The notes below the pieces were generated by a model, which was given only the letters and a program-made list of their open reading frames with translations, searched no databases and was not told the origin of the DNA. Shown here one piece after another: positions 24,423 to 35,409 of a stretch of DNA of 64,000 bases. Position 1 is the stretch's first letter, and every line of letters begins with the position of its first letter. The stretch spans positions 186,001-250,000 of the forward strand of contig QPMI01000129.1 in the NCBI GenBank assembly GCA_004431415.1, read 5' to 3'. A program made the position numbers and the translations under genes. The stretch is from Cyanophora paradoxa CCMP329. Lineage: Eukaryota; Plantae; Glaucophyta.

Positions 24423-26873
24423 ACGACGGCGTCAACAAGAGGGCGCAAGCAGACCCACACGGGCCCGACCCTGGCGTACTTTGACCCCGGCCTGCTGGAC
24501 GAGTGGAAGCGCCAGCAGCTGCTCCTCCTCGCCCGAGTGAAAGCAGTCCAAGACGGAGATGAGCGGTTCCTCCGCCGCGCCCTACTCCCGGAGGCGGAGG
24601 CGGCGCTGCAAACAGCGCTCGAGATGGCGTTGGCGGCGGAGCCGAGGGCCGAACCGCTGGATGAAGCACCGCCCGTCTCAAACCCCCGCGAACTGAGAGA
24701 TCTGTATCAGGCGAGCTTCGGGCCTGAGACGTGGAGCGAGCAGGACGGCCAGTACTGGCAGCACGCACTCGCGCTCTGGGAGACGATCGAGAAGTACGAG
24801 CTCGAGAAGCACGGCAACGCGCATCCGAGGTTACTGAACATATGGACGGACGGGAGCCTATTCAAGGGTCAGACGGAAGGCGCGCACGCGGGCTACGGCG
24901 TGGTGGTACCTGCGACCGCTGCGGACGGCGAGCGGCTGAACCCGGACGAGGCTGCGACCGAATGCCTCGGCCGGCTTCGAGGGCTCCAGGAGATCAATAA
25001 AGCTGAACTCCAAGCGGCGATCGTGGCAGACGTACTCGCACCAAACGGGATGCGCCTGCACACGGACAGTCAGAACGTCTGCACGTGGTACCAGAAGTTC
25101 GTGCGGAACGCACACCAGCAGCACGCGCGCGACTATGTCAGACACCCCTGCAATGCAGAGCTGTATGCCTGGTCGCGCTTCCGAGCCCTGCTGCAGCAAC
25201 GAGAACACCGAAGAGCGGTGGCGCTCGTCAAGGTCAAAGCCCATAGCAAGAGGGAACCCCTCCATGAACTAAACGATGCGGCTGACAAGGCGGCCAAACG
25301 GGCGGCCAAGCTCGAGCCGCAGCCGCCAAACACGCTGACAGAGGACATCTTCCTCCCGCCCGCGTTCAGCATGCCGGCGGTGCTGACGATCCAAGGGCCA
25401 GACAGGATAGTGCGGCGGGTCGAAGGAGATCCCCGGCGGCATGCTGCTGTGCTGCACGCGCACCACACGCACTTCGCCTGGGAGAACCAGCTGAACGCGG
25501 GGGAATGGCTGCGAGCGCCGGTGGACCACGGCGCAGTGTACGATCAGATGGCAATGGGACCCCGCCGCGTCGGTGTGAGCCAAGAGAGCAACTGCTTCAG
25601 GGGTACTCACGCGAAGCTCGTGCTGGGTACGGTGGCTACAGCCTCGGTCCGCAAACGCGACGCGCCGGAGCTCTACAGTGAGATAAACCCCGGCGGGTTC
25701 TGCGCCCTCTGCAGCGTACGCCAGACAGATAACGAGGGCCGGCCCCGACTCGTTGCTGGCCCCGTGGAGACGCTCGAACACGTCCTCTCCTGCCCCAGCG
25801 CGCCAGCGGTAACGGCACGCGCGGAAGCAGAAGCCAAAATAGCAGAGGTAGTCGCCAGCGAGCTACCGGAGGCACTCAAGCGGTCGGTACCGCAGGCGCT
25901 TGCTACGTCTCTGAAGGTCACGCGCGTGGCTGACCCGACCCTCACACAGGCAGAGAGACAAACTCAGCTTTGGGTGCTGCGCGGGCTGCCACCAGCCGGC
26001 CTCACTGATCTGATTCGCGAGATCTAGACCGTCGAGGACGAGGTCCAGGCGGGCAAGATCGCCCGCAAGCTAACGAAAGCGATCGGTGAACAGGCGCACA
26101 AAACCTGGGCAGCACGATGCAAAGCGTACGCGGACTGGGAGAAGGAGTGCGGGATCACGAAGATGATGAAAGAGCGACGCGCGAAGCCCCCACGCGCCGA
26201 GCCGCGCCCCCGAGAGACGGCCGCGAAACCTGGCGGGCACCGACGCAAGCGCAGGAAACTCGCAATCGACGAGCCGGTACAGCCGCGCGTGAGTGCCATG
26301 CGCTTATGTCCAGGCACCGGGGTGGGGACGCCCTGGCCCTATCCTCACTGAGCTGCCCCCCAGACGATCACGGCTGGGTCCGGGCGGCGGAGGCAATGCA
26401 GGTGTACGACCACACCAACAGGTATGCATGGGGCGTGGGGACAGCAAGGACCAGACCACGTTAAACGCTGAGAGGGGGTGCTTTCTGGGGGGGGGCTTGG
26501 GGGGCACGGCGGGGACAACAACACGAGGAGGACGCAAACAGTGGAGCGGGAGCCAGTAGCCCACTAAACAGGGGCTGGCCAGCAACTTTTCTCTTTCACA
26601 CCTTTTCTTTCTCTAGCTGCGGCATGCTACGAGGATGGAGTAGGGCATTGCCGATAGAGATTAGGATCTTTGGACATTTAATTAGGCTTCCGTAGGACTT
26701 AGAAATGCAGCAAAGTAGACGTCACAGGAAAAGTAGAAACGCAGTTGTACTTAGAATGTTTAGGCACAGCACGCGAGAGTCCTCATATTCTCTTCCTGGA
26801 TACTGTTTTCAGTGAGGGTATGGTCGACGTTACGACTTCATTGTTGTATGGATGTGCTAATGCAAATCGACTA
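24423..26873 (+). mobile_element. 5'-truncated non-LTR retrotransposon (RNase H + C-terminal zinc finger), defective
   Basis: Intronless ORF: IWTDGS, NKAELQA, LHTDSQ, KVKAHS..NDAADKAAK, CALC..ETLEHVLSCP; in-frame TAG at 26025-26027; 19-bp TSD CGCCGGGCTGGACGTCGAC at 24404-24422 and 26874-26892. Confidence 0.92.
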
Positions 26874-27084
26874 CGCCGGGCTGGACGTCGACCCCGGTCC
26901 AGCGCTAGCGGATGACCGACGACGACCGTCGGACGAGTGGGATTATATTAGACTGAGATATAGATCTAGGGGATAGCTGCAGAGCTCGACACCGCTCAGG
27001 CGAGAGTGGGGTACGCCTGAGGGAGTCGCAGCTGCGGTGGGTGCGGAGCGAGGGGGGGGCGTTCGAGCGAGAGTGGGGTACGCC

Positions 27085-27769
27085 CAGTGTTGTCATCATG
27101 ATGCACACGGCCGTCCAGGCATCATGATGCGTCAATTATGATCCATCATGATCGATCATGACGTCTTCCCGCGGTCAGAATCGTTTCCCAGGGCATTTCC
27201 CACTCCTATTTCGCTGCGCGGGCTCTCTGCTGCGTTTCTAATGCATCGCGACGTGTTTAAGACTCATTTCTGACCAGTCTGGATAGATATTGGGCCCAGG
27301 GTTGGCCTGAAAGAGGTCCACACCCCCCTCTTCCCAAGATTTTTGAGGCAGAGGAGTGGTTGATCAACCTCCTTCAATGTCAAGATGGTGTGTTATGTGT
27401 TTTAAAAGCTGTGTTAAGCGTCTCCGCACCCATTCTCAAAGTGCGAATCGGTGCGATCTTGCATCGCCAGTGGCAAAGGGTGGTGCCCCCTGTACCCCCC
27501 ACGGCAACACAGCAGCCTTTCAGCATCGTCAGAATCGCTCCAAACCTCCTCTGACTAGCATATACGGTGTCGTTAAGTTGTTTAGATCGCATAAGAGGTC
27601 GTTAAAACAGCGCAGGCGACCAGAAATTAAACACGAGATTTGTGCACTGTACAGGTACCCCCCCTCACATCATGATGACGATCATCATAATCCGAGGTCA
27701 TCATGATGCGTTAATGACGTCTCATCATGATGGCGTCATCATGATGTGTGCATCATGATGACAGCACTG
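27085..27769. mobile_element. hAT-type MITE (685 bp)
   Basis: 24-bp TIR CAGTGTTGTCATCATGATGCACAC / GTGTGCATCATGATGACAGCACTG (1 mismatch); 8-bp TSD GGTACGCC at 27077-27084 and 27770-27777; an empty-site-like copy lies at 27000-27029. Confidence 0.92.
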
Positions 27770-28100
27770 GGTACGCCTGAGGGAGTCGCGGCCACGATCG
27801 GTATCGGCCGCGTCGCAACCGCGACGAACCTCGCGAGGGGTACCCGCGGAGGCATTCCACTTGGCACTGTGATCGACGCCTTTTGTCACTTGCATCCCGG
27901 GTGTGCGTTCGGGCGCGGCGCCTTGTTGCGCCGCGTTCATCACGGCTCTCTTCGCACCGCCGCCTCCGCGCGCGGTCCACCGGGATTCTCCCCCTGATTC
28001 CGCCCGGCGCACCGCCGCGCCTCGCGCGCGTTGCGACATTTTTATCTCTTCGGGTCCCCCGCGTCGCCCGTGACACCAGCGCGCGGCGCGCGGCGCGGGG

Positions 28101-29310
28101 ATGGGGCGCGGCCGCGGGCTCTGCCCCGTCTGTCTGCGCGCCCACGCGCCCGTCGACATGATCGGATGCGACAGGTGTGACGCATGGGTGCACTACAGGT
28201 GCGCGCGCCGCGCCCGCTTGTCGTCTGTTCTGTTCCCTCTGTTCCGCCCGTGTGCTCTAATTTTCCGACTGTTCCGGCGCCCCCCCGCGCAGGTGCGCCG
28301 GCGTCCGCGACGACGCGCACGCGGGTTCAATCGATTATTTGTGTCCGGCGTGCGCCGCCGGCGCGCGGCCCGCTCAAGTAGGCCCTCTCCCGCCCCGGTT
28401 GCCCGTGCCTTGCTTACCGCCCGGCCCAGCACGCCGAGGCTGCGCAGCCGCCCGACGCCCCCGTCGCCGGCGCCGAGAGAAAACGTGCTCCGGATCGGGC
28501 GTCGGACGAGGGCAGCGGGAGCGACGGCGGCGGCGCGCGCCGACGCGGTCGGAAGAAGCGGCGTCCGGGCGGCGCCGGTGATACCGGGGTGCGCGCGCGG
28601 TGGAGCGCGCCCCGTACCGTTTCGTTTTCCGTGCTCGCTGGACGTCGACCCTTCTTTCCTCGCAGGCGCCGGCTTCGGGGACGGGACGAGGGGGTGGCGT
28701 CGGTCGCGGCCACGGTCGGGGCAAGCCCGACGCCCCCGTCGTCGGCGCAGAGAGGAAGCGCCCCGCCCCCTCCGTTGGCGGGGGCGTCGAGGCGGGCTCG
28801 GTGCGGGCTCTTGTGTACTCCCGTCTTTTCGGCGCACTGGCACCCCTGACGTTCGTCTGTCGCTGCTACGCCAGGGTCCGGAGAAGAGGGGGCGCGGTGG
28901 CGGGGGTGGGGGCGGCCGTGGTGGCGGCGGTCGGCCGTGTGGCGGCGGTCGGGCGCGTGGGGCGGCGGCGGGCGGCGAGGCGGCGGCGGTCGGGGCGGGC
29001 GGGGCGGCGGGGCGGCGGCGGCGGGGCGGCGGGCATGGGCCCCCTCTCGTCCGTCCCCCGCCGCCCACGGCGTGCGGTGGGTGCTCCGCGGCGCTCGGCG
29101 GCCGCAGCCTTGCCGCTCTTGCTGCGGCGGGCGACATCGTGCGCTGCGCGAATCCGGCGTGCGGGGCCGCCTACCACGCCCCGTGCCGCGACACCTTCGA
29201 TGCCGGGCGCCTCGCGGGCGTCTTCGAGGCGGCGTCCCCGTCGCCGGGGTCCCGGGTCTCTCTACGGCGCCAAGTGGACATTCGAGGGCAGGATGTGCGT
29301 CGTGTTCTCG

Positions 29311-29341
<31 letters not shown>

Positions 29342-32300
29342 TGATCGTTTGCCGTTTGCGCAGTTCGAGACCCCCGCGGACTGCCCGTCCCCGTTCGCTG
29401 CCGGCAAGCGCGCCGACCGGCTGCGCCTCGCCCTGCACGGCGACGGGGCGCCCGCCAACTTCGGGCGGGCCGCCTACCGCCCCGAGCCCTACTTCGCGGG
29501 GCTCTTCGGGGCTGGTGGGGGGGGCTGGTCGCCCCCCGCCGACCTCGAGGCCGCCGGGGTGCGCCGTCGCCGCCGCCCCCCTCTTCCGCTCCGCCCCATC
29601 TCACCCGGCACCCTCCCGCCCCCGACAGAAGCGGGTGCGGGAGTGCCTCGATGCCGAGGCCGCGCTGGCGGCAGGGCGTGCAGAGGAGGAGGCGGTGGCG
29701 GCGGCGATGCGGGCGGCGGCAAGGCGGAAGGAGGGGAGGGAGCAGCTGCTCCGGGACCTGCGCCGTCGGCGGCCGCCGCGCGACCCCCCGGCGCTCGGCA
29801 GGTACAAGGGCGTCCGGCGCTGCATCGAGGTCAGGGACGTGTACTCGTGGGTCGCCGTGCACGAGTTCGCCGGCGTCAGGGTACCGTCGCTTCCCCCCCC
29901 CCCCCCCCCCCATCCCCGGGCCCGGTCGACGACCCCCGGGCTAACCCCCGCCCCCCTCAGGTGCACGTTGGCGTCTACGGTGCGCCGAAAAGCGCGGCCG
30001 AGGCCCACGACCGTGTGGCCATCGCCCTGCGCGGGCCCGACCGCGCGGCCGGCCGCACCAACTCGTCGCCCCCGGACCGCCCCGGGGAGCCCTTCTTCCG
30101 GCGGCTCCTGGGCTCGCGCCCCCCCGCCATCGGCTTCCGCGACCCCGTCCTCGCCGCGGCGGCGGCGGAGGGTCCCGTCGCCACCGTGGACGTGGCGCTC
30201 TGCCGCACGTGCGGCGCGTCGTTCCGGGGGCGCGACGCCCTCGCCAGGCTCGCCGAGCACGAGCTCCGTGCCCGCAGGACGTGGCTCGACGGCAGGGATG
30301 TGGTCGAACGCCAGGCCCACCTGCGCGTGCATCCCGCCGCGGTCCCTGCCGTGCCTCCTTCTGCCGGCGCGGCGCAGGCCGACGGCCCCTCCGAGGACGT
30401 TGTGGTGCGCCATGCCCTCCCCCCCGATGACTCCTCGTCCGTGACCGCTCGTCCCCCAGGGCGCGGTCCTACGGACCGTTGGCGCGCTCCTCGACGCCAA
30501 GGGGGCCGGCGGCGGGCCCCCTGGCTGCTGGTACTGCCCGCGCTGCCGGTTCACCGTCGGTGCGGGGGCCATCGCCGTGCGCATGGGCAGCAGGTTCAAA
30601 CAGTGCGTAGCGCCCTGTCGCGTCTTCTTCCTCGCGCGCACTGCGGCAGCGCGCTCACCTTTGCTGCCGTGTAGGGTGCTAGGCGCGAGTGACCTGCTGC
30701 CCCACCTGCTGGAGGTGGCGGGGCGCACGGGCTACTTCTGGAGGCAGTTCGACGCCGCGAAGCCGGGCATCCTGAAGTTCTACAACGGGCGGGCGGGCGA
30801 AGCGAGCAAGCGGGTGCATGCCCGCCCTCGCCGTCGGTCCCAGTTCCGGCTTGACGCGGTAGCCCCGTCGTCGCAGACCTGCGTCCCCGTGAAGGGCAGG
30901 GCCAAGGACACCAAGGGGACCAAGGAGATCGAACCCGATAAGTGGGGGCGCTTCCCGTGGGGGCGCTCCGCCAGGCGCCTCTTCGGCGATGGGCGGCGGG
31001 ACGGCTTCGTGGCGTCGCTGGCGGGCTGTGGGCCGTCGGACGGCTCCCCGGGCGGCAGCCTCGCCGACCTCCGGCGAGCGAGTGCGACCGTACCCCCTGC
31101 CCCCTGGGGTACGTCGGCGCCCTCCGACGCTCCCCTCAGTTGAGGAGGACGACGCGGTGGAGCTGGCCAAGGAGCGGGAGCGGGCGGCGGAGGCGGCGGC
31201 GGCGGTGGTTGTGCTCGGGGTTCCGGGCAGGATCGCGCTCCGTGCCGCGATCGACCGGCACCCGGACTTCGTCGGCCGGCGGCGGGAGGGGCTCCTTGGT
31301 ACCGTCAAGGGCGGCAAACGCAGGGCCCTCCACCAGCTCGGTGTCGGGCGCCTCCTCGAGGTCGCGGCCGAGCTCGGCGTCGACACGGCCACCTACGCAG
31401 AGCCGTCGGCCGTGCCGGCGCCGGTGCCCGTGGCGGCGGCCCCGGCCCCGCGTCCGGTGACGCTCGTCCACCACGTGCACCACTCCGGCCTCCGTGGCGA
31501 GGGAATTGCCACGGTGCGGCGCGCCGCCATCGGGTGCTGCATCGCCTACAACGCGTGCAAGAACCTCCTGGCCCGCAACCCATGGGTCCGTGCGGGGGTT
31601 TTGTGCGGGCGCGCCGCGGGGCTGCGAACGTTAACTGCCGGCCGCAGATCTTGAAGAGGAAATCTGGCCGCGAGAAGATGCTGTACGCCGCCATCGTCGC
31701 ACGCGACCACCCTCGGCCCGCGCCGCGCGCGGCGCGGGCGCCGCGTGACTCGGCCCGGCGCACGCACGAGCCTCCAACGGAGGCGGCGGTCGGCGAGGGC
31801 GCGGAGGTGGTGGTCAGCGAGGGCGACGACGGGGAGCCGGAGAGCGACGAAGATCGTCCCGCAGCGCGCCCCCTTTCCCCCCTCCCCGCTCTCCCTTCTC
31901 GGTTGACCGTGGGCTCTTTTTTGCCGCTGCGGCAGAGAGAGGGGTGGGGCCACGAGCTCGCCTGCAGAGTGCGCGATGCCATGCTGGCGGAGATGCGGAC
32001 CCACCACGACGCGCATCTCTACCTCCTGGAGACCTCCACACATACGCTGGAGGGCGCGGTGCGCGATGCGCTTCGGGCGGTCGACCAGCAGGTCGAGCGG
32101 GGGGCCCCGCTGAGGAACATCCGGTACCCGTCCTCTCCCCCCCCCCCCAAGGGGCCGCCGAGGCGCCATCTGACCGCCCTCTCCAACCGCACAGGGACCG
32201 CAGCCTCCGGGGCGGGCAGGTCGCGATCGTCGTGGCCTCGCAAGACTACAACGCGGAGGCCGGCTTCTGGTCCTTCCTCCACGGCCTGCCGACGCACGTC

Positions 32301-34823
32301 GGTACGCTCCCGCTCCGGATCGATCACGACGCGCGGCTCGTCCTGGCGCAGCGGGGCCGGGTCCGGTGCGCGCGGGGGGTGTGGGCGCTCGGCTTGGCGG
32401 CCCCGCTGAGTGGGACTGGGCAGGCTGTGCGAGACCGTCGCAGCTGAGAGGGCGCGCGCCGTGACCACCCTGGGGCTGCACACCCCGGCGGACGAGAGGC
32501 CGCTGCGGGTGAGGGAGCTCCGCACCGCGATCACGCAGCACGCAGACTTCGTCGGTGAGCGTCGGAAGAAGCTTATGGGCAAGTACCACCCGTTCATCAA
32601 GCATGTCCCTGTGGAGCGCCTCCGGGAGATCGCGGAGGAGCTGGGGGTGGTGCAGCCGACGTCGGACGGCTCAGACGCCTTCAAGGGCTTCAGGGCCGCC
32701 CCGCCCCCGGCGCCCGCCCCACCGGAGGAGGGCTGGGACCGGTCCTTCCGCAGGGGCTACCACCGTCGCCCGTCGGGTTCGGCGGAGGCGGCGCTCGAGG
32801 CGTACCGTGCCGGCGATGCGAAGCGGCGCGAGGAGGCTGAGCGCGCGCGACTCGATGTCGAGCACGGTCGGCTCGACCCCGAGCGGCACAGGGTCGAGCA
32901 GGAGCGGCTCGATGTCGAACGGGGGCTCTACGGGCTCCTCGCGGACCTCGTCGAGGGCCGCGAGGCGTGGATCGCCCTCGACGGGGGGCTGCGGAAGTTC
33001 CTCACGGGCCTCTGCAGCGACGGGCACCTCTTCGAGGTGCGCGCCATTCTCTTTCTTAAGCCTGCGAGCGCCGATTCAATGGTTGTCTGTTTCAGTTCGG
33101 GAAGGGCCTGGGGCCCGAGCGGGATCACGTGCTGAAGAAGCTGGCGGAGCTCAAGGCCTTGTGCGAGCGGAAGGCTACGTGCGCTATATGCGCCTCGGTT
33201 GTGGTCACCACTCGCGTGCACTGACCGTTCGTGTGCCACGGTGTACAGTGACCCCGCGACGTCCTCGGGTGTCGCTGGTGGTGCTCCGCGTGCGGAGGGT
33301 GCGGAGGGCGCCCCGCGTACACGTACGATGTCCCTTGCCCCTTTTAACATCGGGGGTTAGGATTCTCTCTGATTCCATGCTTCACAGTGAACGCGCGCGC
33401 ACGGCGGAAGCTCCGGAAGAGGGTGCTCCGGGGGCACGAGCACGAGCGAAACGTGGGGACGGACATCCTCCGTCGCATTGCCGAGTACGTATACATGCAT
33501 ATATGTGGCCTCGACGGGTTCTCGTTTTCCTGATCTGTGCGCACCGGTACCCCCCAGCTTCCTCGTCGAGAACTTCACATACGTCATCTACTCGCCCCTG
33601 TGCACGAGCGAGATGGTCCGATCCGATGTGCGTACCCAGTGTGAGAGCGCACCCTGATCCCCCCTGGCCCGTCCTGCCTGCGCAGGTACGCCGCAAGGGG
33701 AGGGTGCTCGGGCCCGCGGCGGCGCGGCAGCTGCTCTACTGTCGCCACCACGAGTCGGCCCCCCCCCCCCCCCCGCCCCCCCCCCCCCCCCCCCCCCCCC
33801 CCCCGCCTTCTCGAGCTCCACGCGACAGATTCCCTCCTCTAGATCTTACGGACCCGCAGGTTCACCGAGATCCTGCAGGAGGCCGCCCTGCGCCGGAAGG
33901 GTTGCACCGTCCTCCTCGTCGACGAGCACTACACCACCAAGACGTGCAGCGAGTGTGGCTGTGTCAACTCGGAGGTTGGCTCGAGCGAGACCTTCCACTG
34001 TGTCAACCCCGGTTGCGGCGCGGTGATGGACCGGGACTTCAACGCCGCCCGGTGCGCGCCCTAGGTCTAGGTCTAGGTCTAGGGGTGTTCGCCGCGGGGC
34101 GCCGTGACGCAAAGCTAGAAATCTCACGTACCTAGAATTCACGTGAATTCGACTCTCAGACTTAGCTCCGACCCGCGCAACCAGAGTTCACGTGAATGCG
34201 TGCTCTCGAACCTAGCCCCGCGAGCGTTCACGTGAAGCTAGAGGGCTCAAAGCTAGAAACCTCGCGCAACCAGAGTTCACGTGAATGCGTGCACTCGAAC
34301 CTAGCCCCGCGAGCGTTCACGTGAAGCTAGAGGGCTCAAAGCTAGAAACCTCGCGCAACTAGAGTTAATGCGTGCTCTCGAACCTAGCCCCGCGAGCGTT
34401 CACGTGAAGCTAGAGGGCTCAAAGCTAGAAACCTCGCGCAACTAGAGTTCACGTGATCATGAATGCGTGCTCTCGAACCTAGCCCCGCGAGCGTTCACGT
34501 GAAGCTAGAGGGCTCAAAGCTAGAAACCTCGCGCAACTAGAGTTCACGTGAATGCGTGCTCTCGAAACTCAGCTCCGTCCCGCAGGAACATCTTCCTGCG
34601 GCTGGTCTCCGGCGTGGACGCGGGGCGCCGGCTGAAGCCCCTCCGATTGGCCGCCCTCGGCCTGGCGTCGCCGACGGCGGCCGAGTACGCCGCCGCCGCC
34701 GTGCGCGCGGCCACCGCCGCTGCTTCGGCCGGCGCTCCGGCTTCACACGACCCGGCCATGGCCGGCTGCAGCGCCCCCGACCCGGCCGCCCCCCGGCCGG
34801 CCGCATCCGTCGTCGATCAGTAG
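28101..34823 (+). CDS. Giant Fanzor2/TnpB-family RNA-guided nuclease fused to PHD x2, AP2-like x2 and zinc fingers (~1,596 aa, 22 exons)
   Basis: Manual GT-AG model, phases all compatible: 28101-28198, 28293-28377, 28430-28588, 28666-28800, 28875-29294, 29364-29558, 29629-29880, 29961-30404, 30460-30602, 30675-30813, 30877-31081, 31140-31585, 31648-32123, 32195-32365, 32424-33036, 33096-33178, 33249-33322, 33388-33484, 33558-33615, 33686-33753, 33860-34051, 34586-34823 (4,791 nt). Motifs: IAYNAC, LLETSTHTLEGAVRDA, IDHDARL, IALDGGLRKFLTG (D 32980), VIYSPL, VDEHYTTKTCSECG (E 33924), C..C, MDRDFNAAR|NIFL (D 34035). Confidence 0.85.
34174..34566. repeat. Intronic ~89-bp tandem repeat, ~4.4 copies
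   Basis: Unit CGCGCAACYAGAGTTCACGTGAATGCGTGCTCTCGAACCTAGCCCCGCGAGCGTTCACGTGAAGCTAGAGGGCTCAAAGCTAGAAACCT in intron 34052-34585. Confidence 0.95.
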
Positions 34824-35010
34824 GGGGACCGCTCACCCCCCGTCAGCGGGCTCTGCTGCGAAAAGCGTTTTACGCGACACCCGCGGCTTAGCGCCTTGTA
34901 GGAACAGCGCCCCTCTCCCTTCGGGGGGGGGGACCCAGTAGCTGCGCGCGACAAGTAGACCCGCGCTGCAGCTGTCCCTGTTTCCGTAGAGCCCTTTGCC
35001 TTCCACCAAT
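34824..35010 (+). ncRNA. Candidate Fanzor omegaRNA scaffold plus flank-derived guide
   Basis: Lies between the Fanzor stop and the return to host sequence; hairpins CCCCTCTCCC-TTCG-GGGGGGGGG (~34910-34932) and AGCTGCGCGCG..CGCGCTGCAGCT (~34940-34973). The position matches the known TnpB/Fanzor layout. No transcript evidence. Confidence 0.5.
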
Positions 35011-35241
35011 TATACCGCCCGATTTTGATGGGATCGTCGCTTGCGCTGGGAATCTTTGCATTCGAGCTCGCCGGGCCCACCTGTGAAGGATCGGGACGCG
35101 CGGCGAGCGGATCGGCGGGGTTCTGACCGTCGCCTGCTTGTAAAGAGCGTACAACTCCAGGCACGCGTCGTCGCTGACTTGCAGGCCCCGATCCAGCGCG
35201 TCCTTCAGCGCAGCAGCGGCAGAGGCCACGGGTTCCGTCAT
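34991..35241 (-). pseudogene. Orphaned 5' part of acyl-CoA-binding protein (ACBP) domain
   Basis: [38 protein letters not shown]|VGP..RYNWWKAKG with intron 35081-35127; homology stops at the insertion boundary. Confidence 0.8.
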
Positions 35242-35409
35242 CTCGTACGTATATACGCGTAGATCTAGAGGGCGCTGAAGTCAGCGACGCACTGTACCCT
35301 CGAGCCACTTCGCCCTCCCCCCCTCCCAAATTTGATCGCAGCAAGCGCACGGAGTTCTGCGGCCTGAAGCTTCAAATTTAGCGTTGCATTTAACGTTGCC
35401 GACCTCGCA

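Larger units (their letters stand above)
23387..34990 (+). mobile_element. ~11.6-kb Fanzor-carrying insertion interrupting the ACBP-DECR2 locus (no transposase seen)
   Basis: Host ACBP coding sequence breaks at ..WWKAKG (34991) and resumes as AKGGLTKEQ (23353 downward); the Fanzor gene and nested elements lie between. Exact ends uncertain. Confidence 0.65.

Noticed and set aside
24351-26027. RNase H ORF as the Fanzor element's transposase
   Set aside because: It is bounded by its own 19-bp TSD, is intronless, 5'-truncated and has a stop codon, so it is an independent LINE insertion.
34174-34566. CRISPR-like array next to a Cas12-related nuclease
   Set aside because: Units are near-identical along their full length with no unique spacers; the same holds for 1520-2230. 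These are minisatellites.
34817-34990. ACBP C-terminus continuing as STETGTAAARVYLSR..
   Set aside because: A better ACBP final helix ([17 protein letters not shown]) is at 23350 downward; this stretch is read-through into the element's 3' tail.
34930-34990. Helitron 3' terminus
   Set aside because: A hairpin is present, but the end is CGTAG(A) rather than CTRR, there is no A/T insertion site and no Rep/helicase is seen; unsupported.
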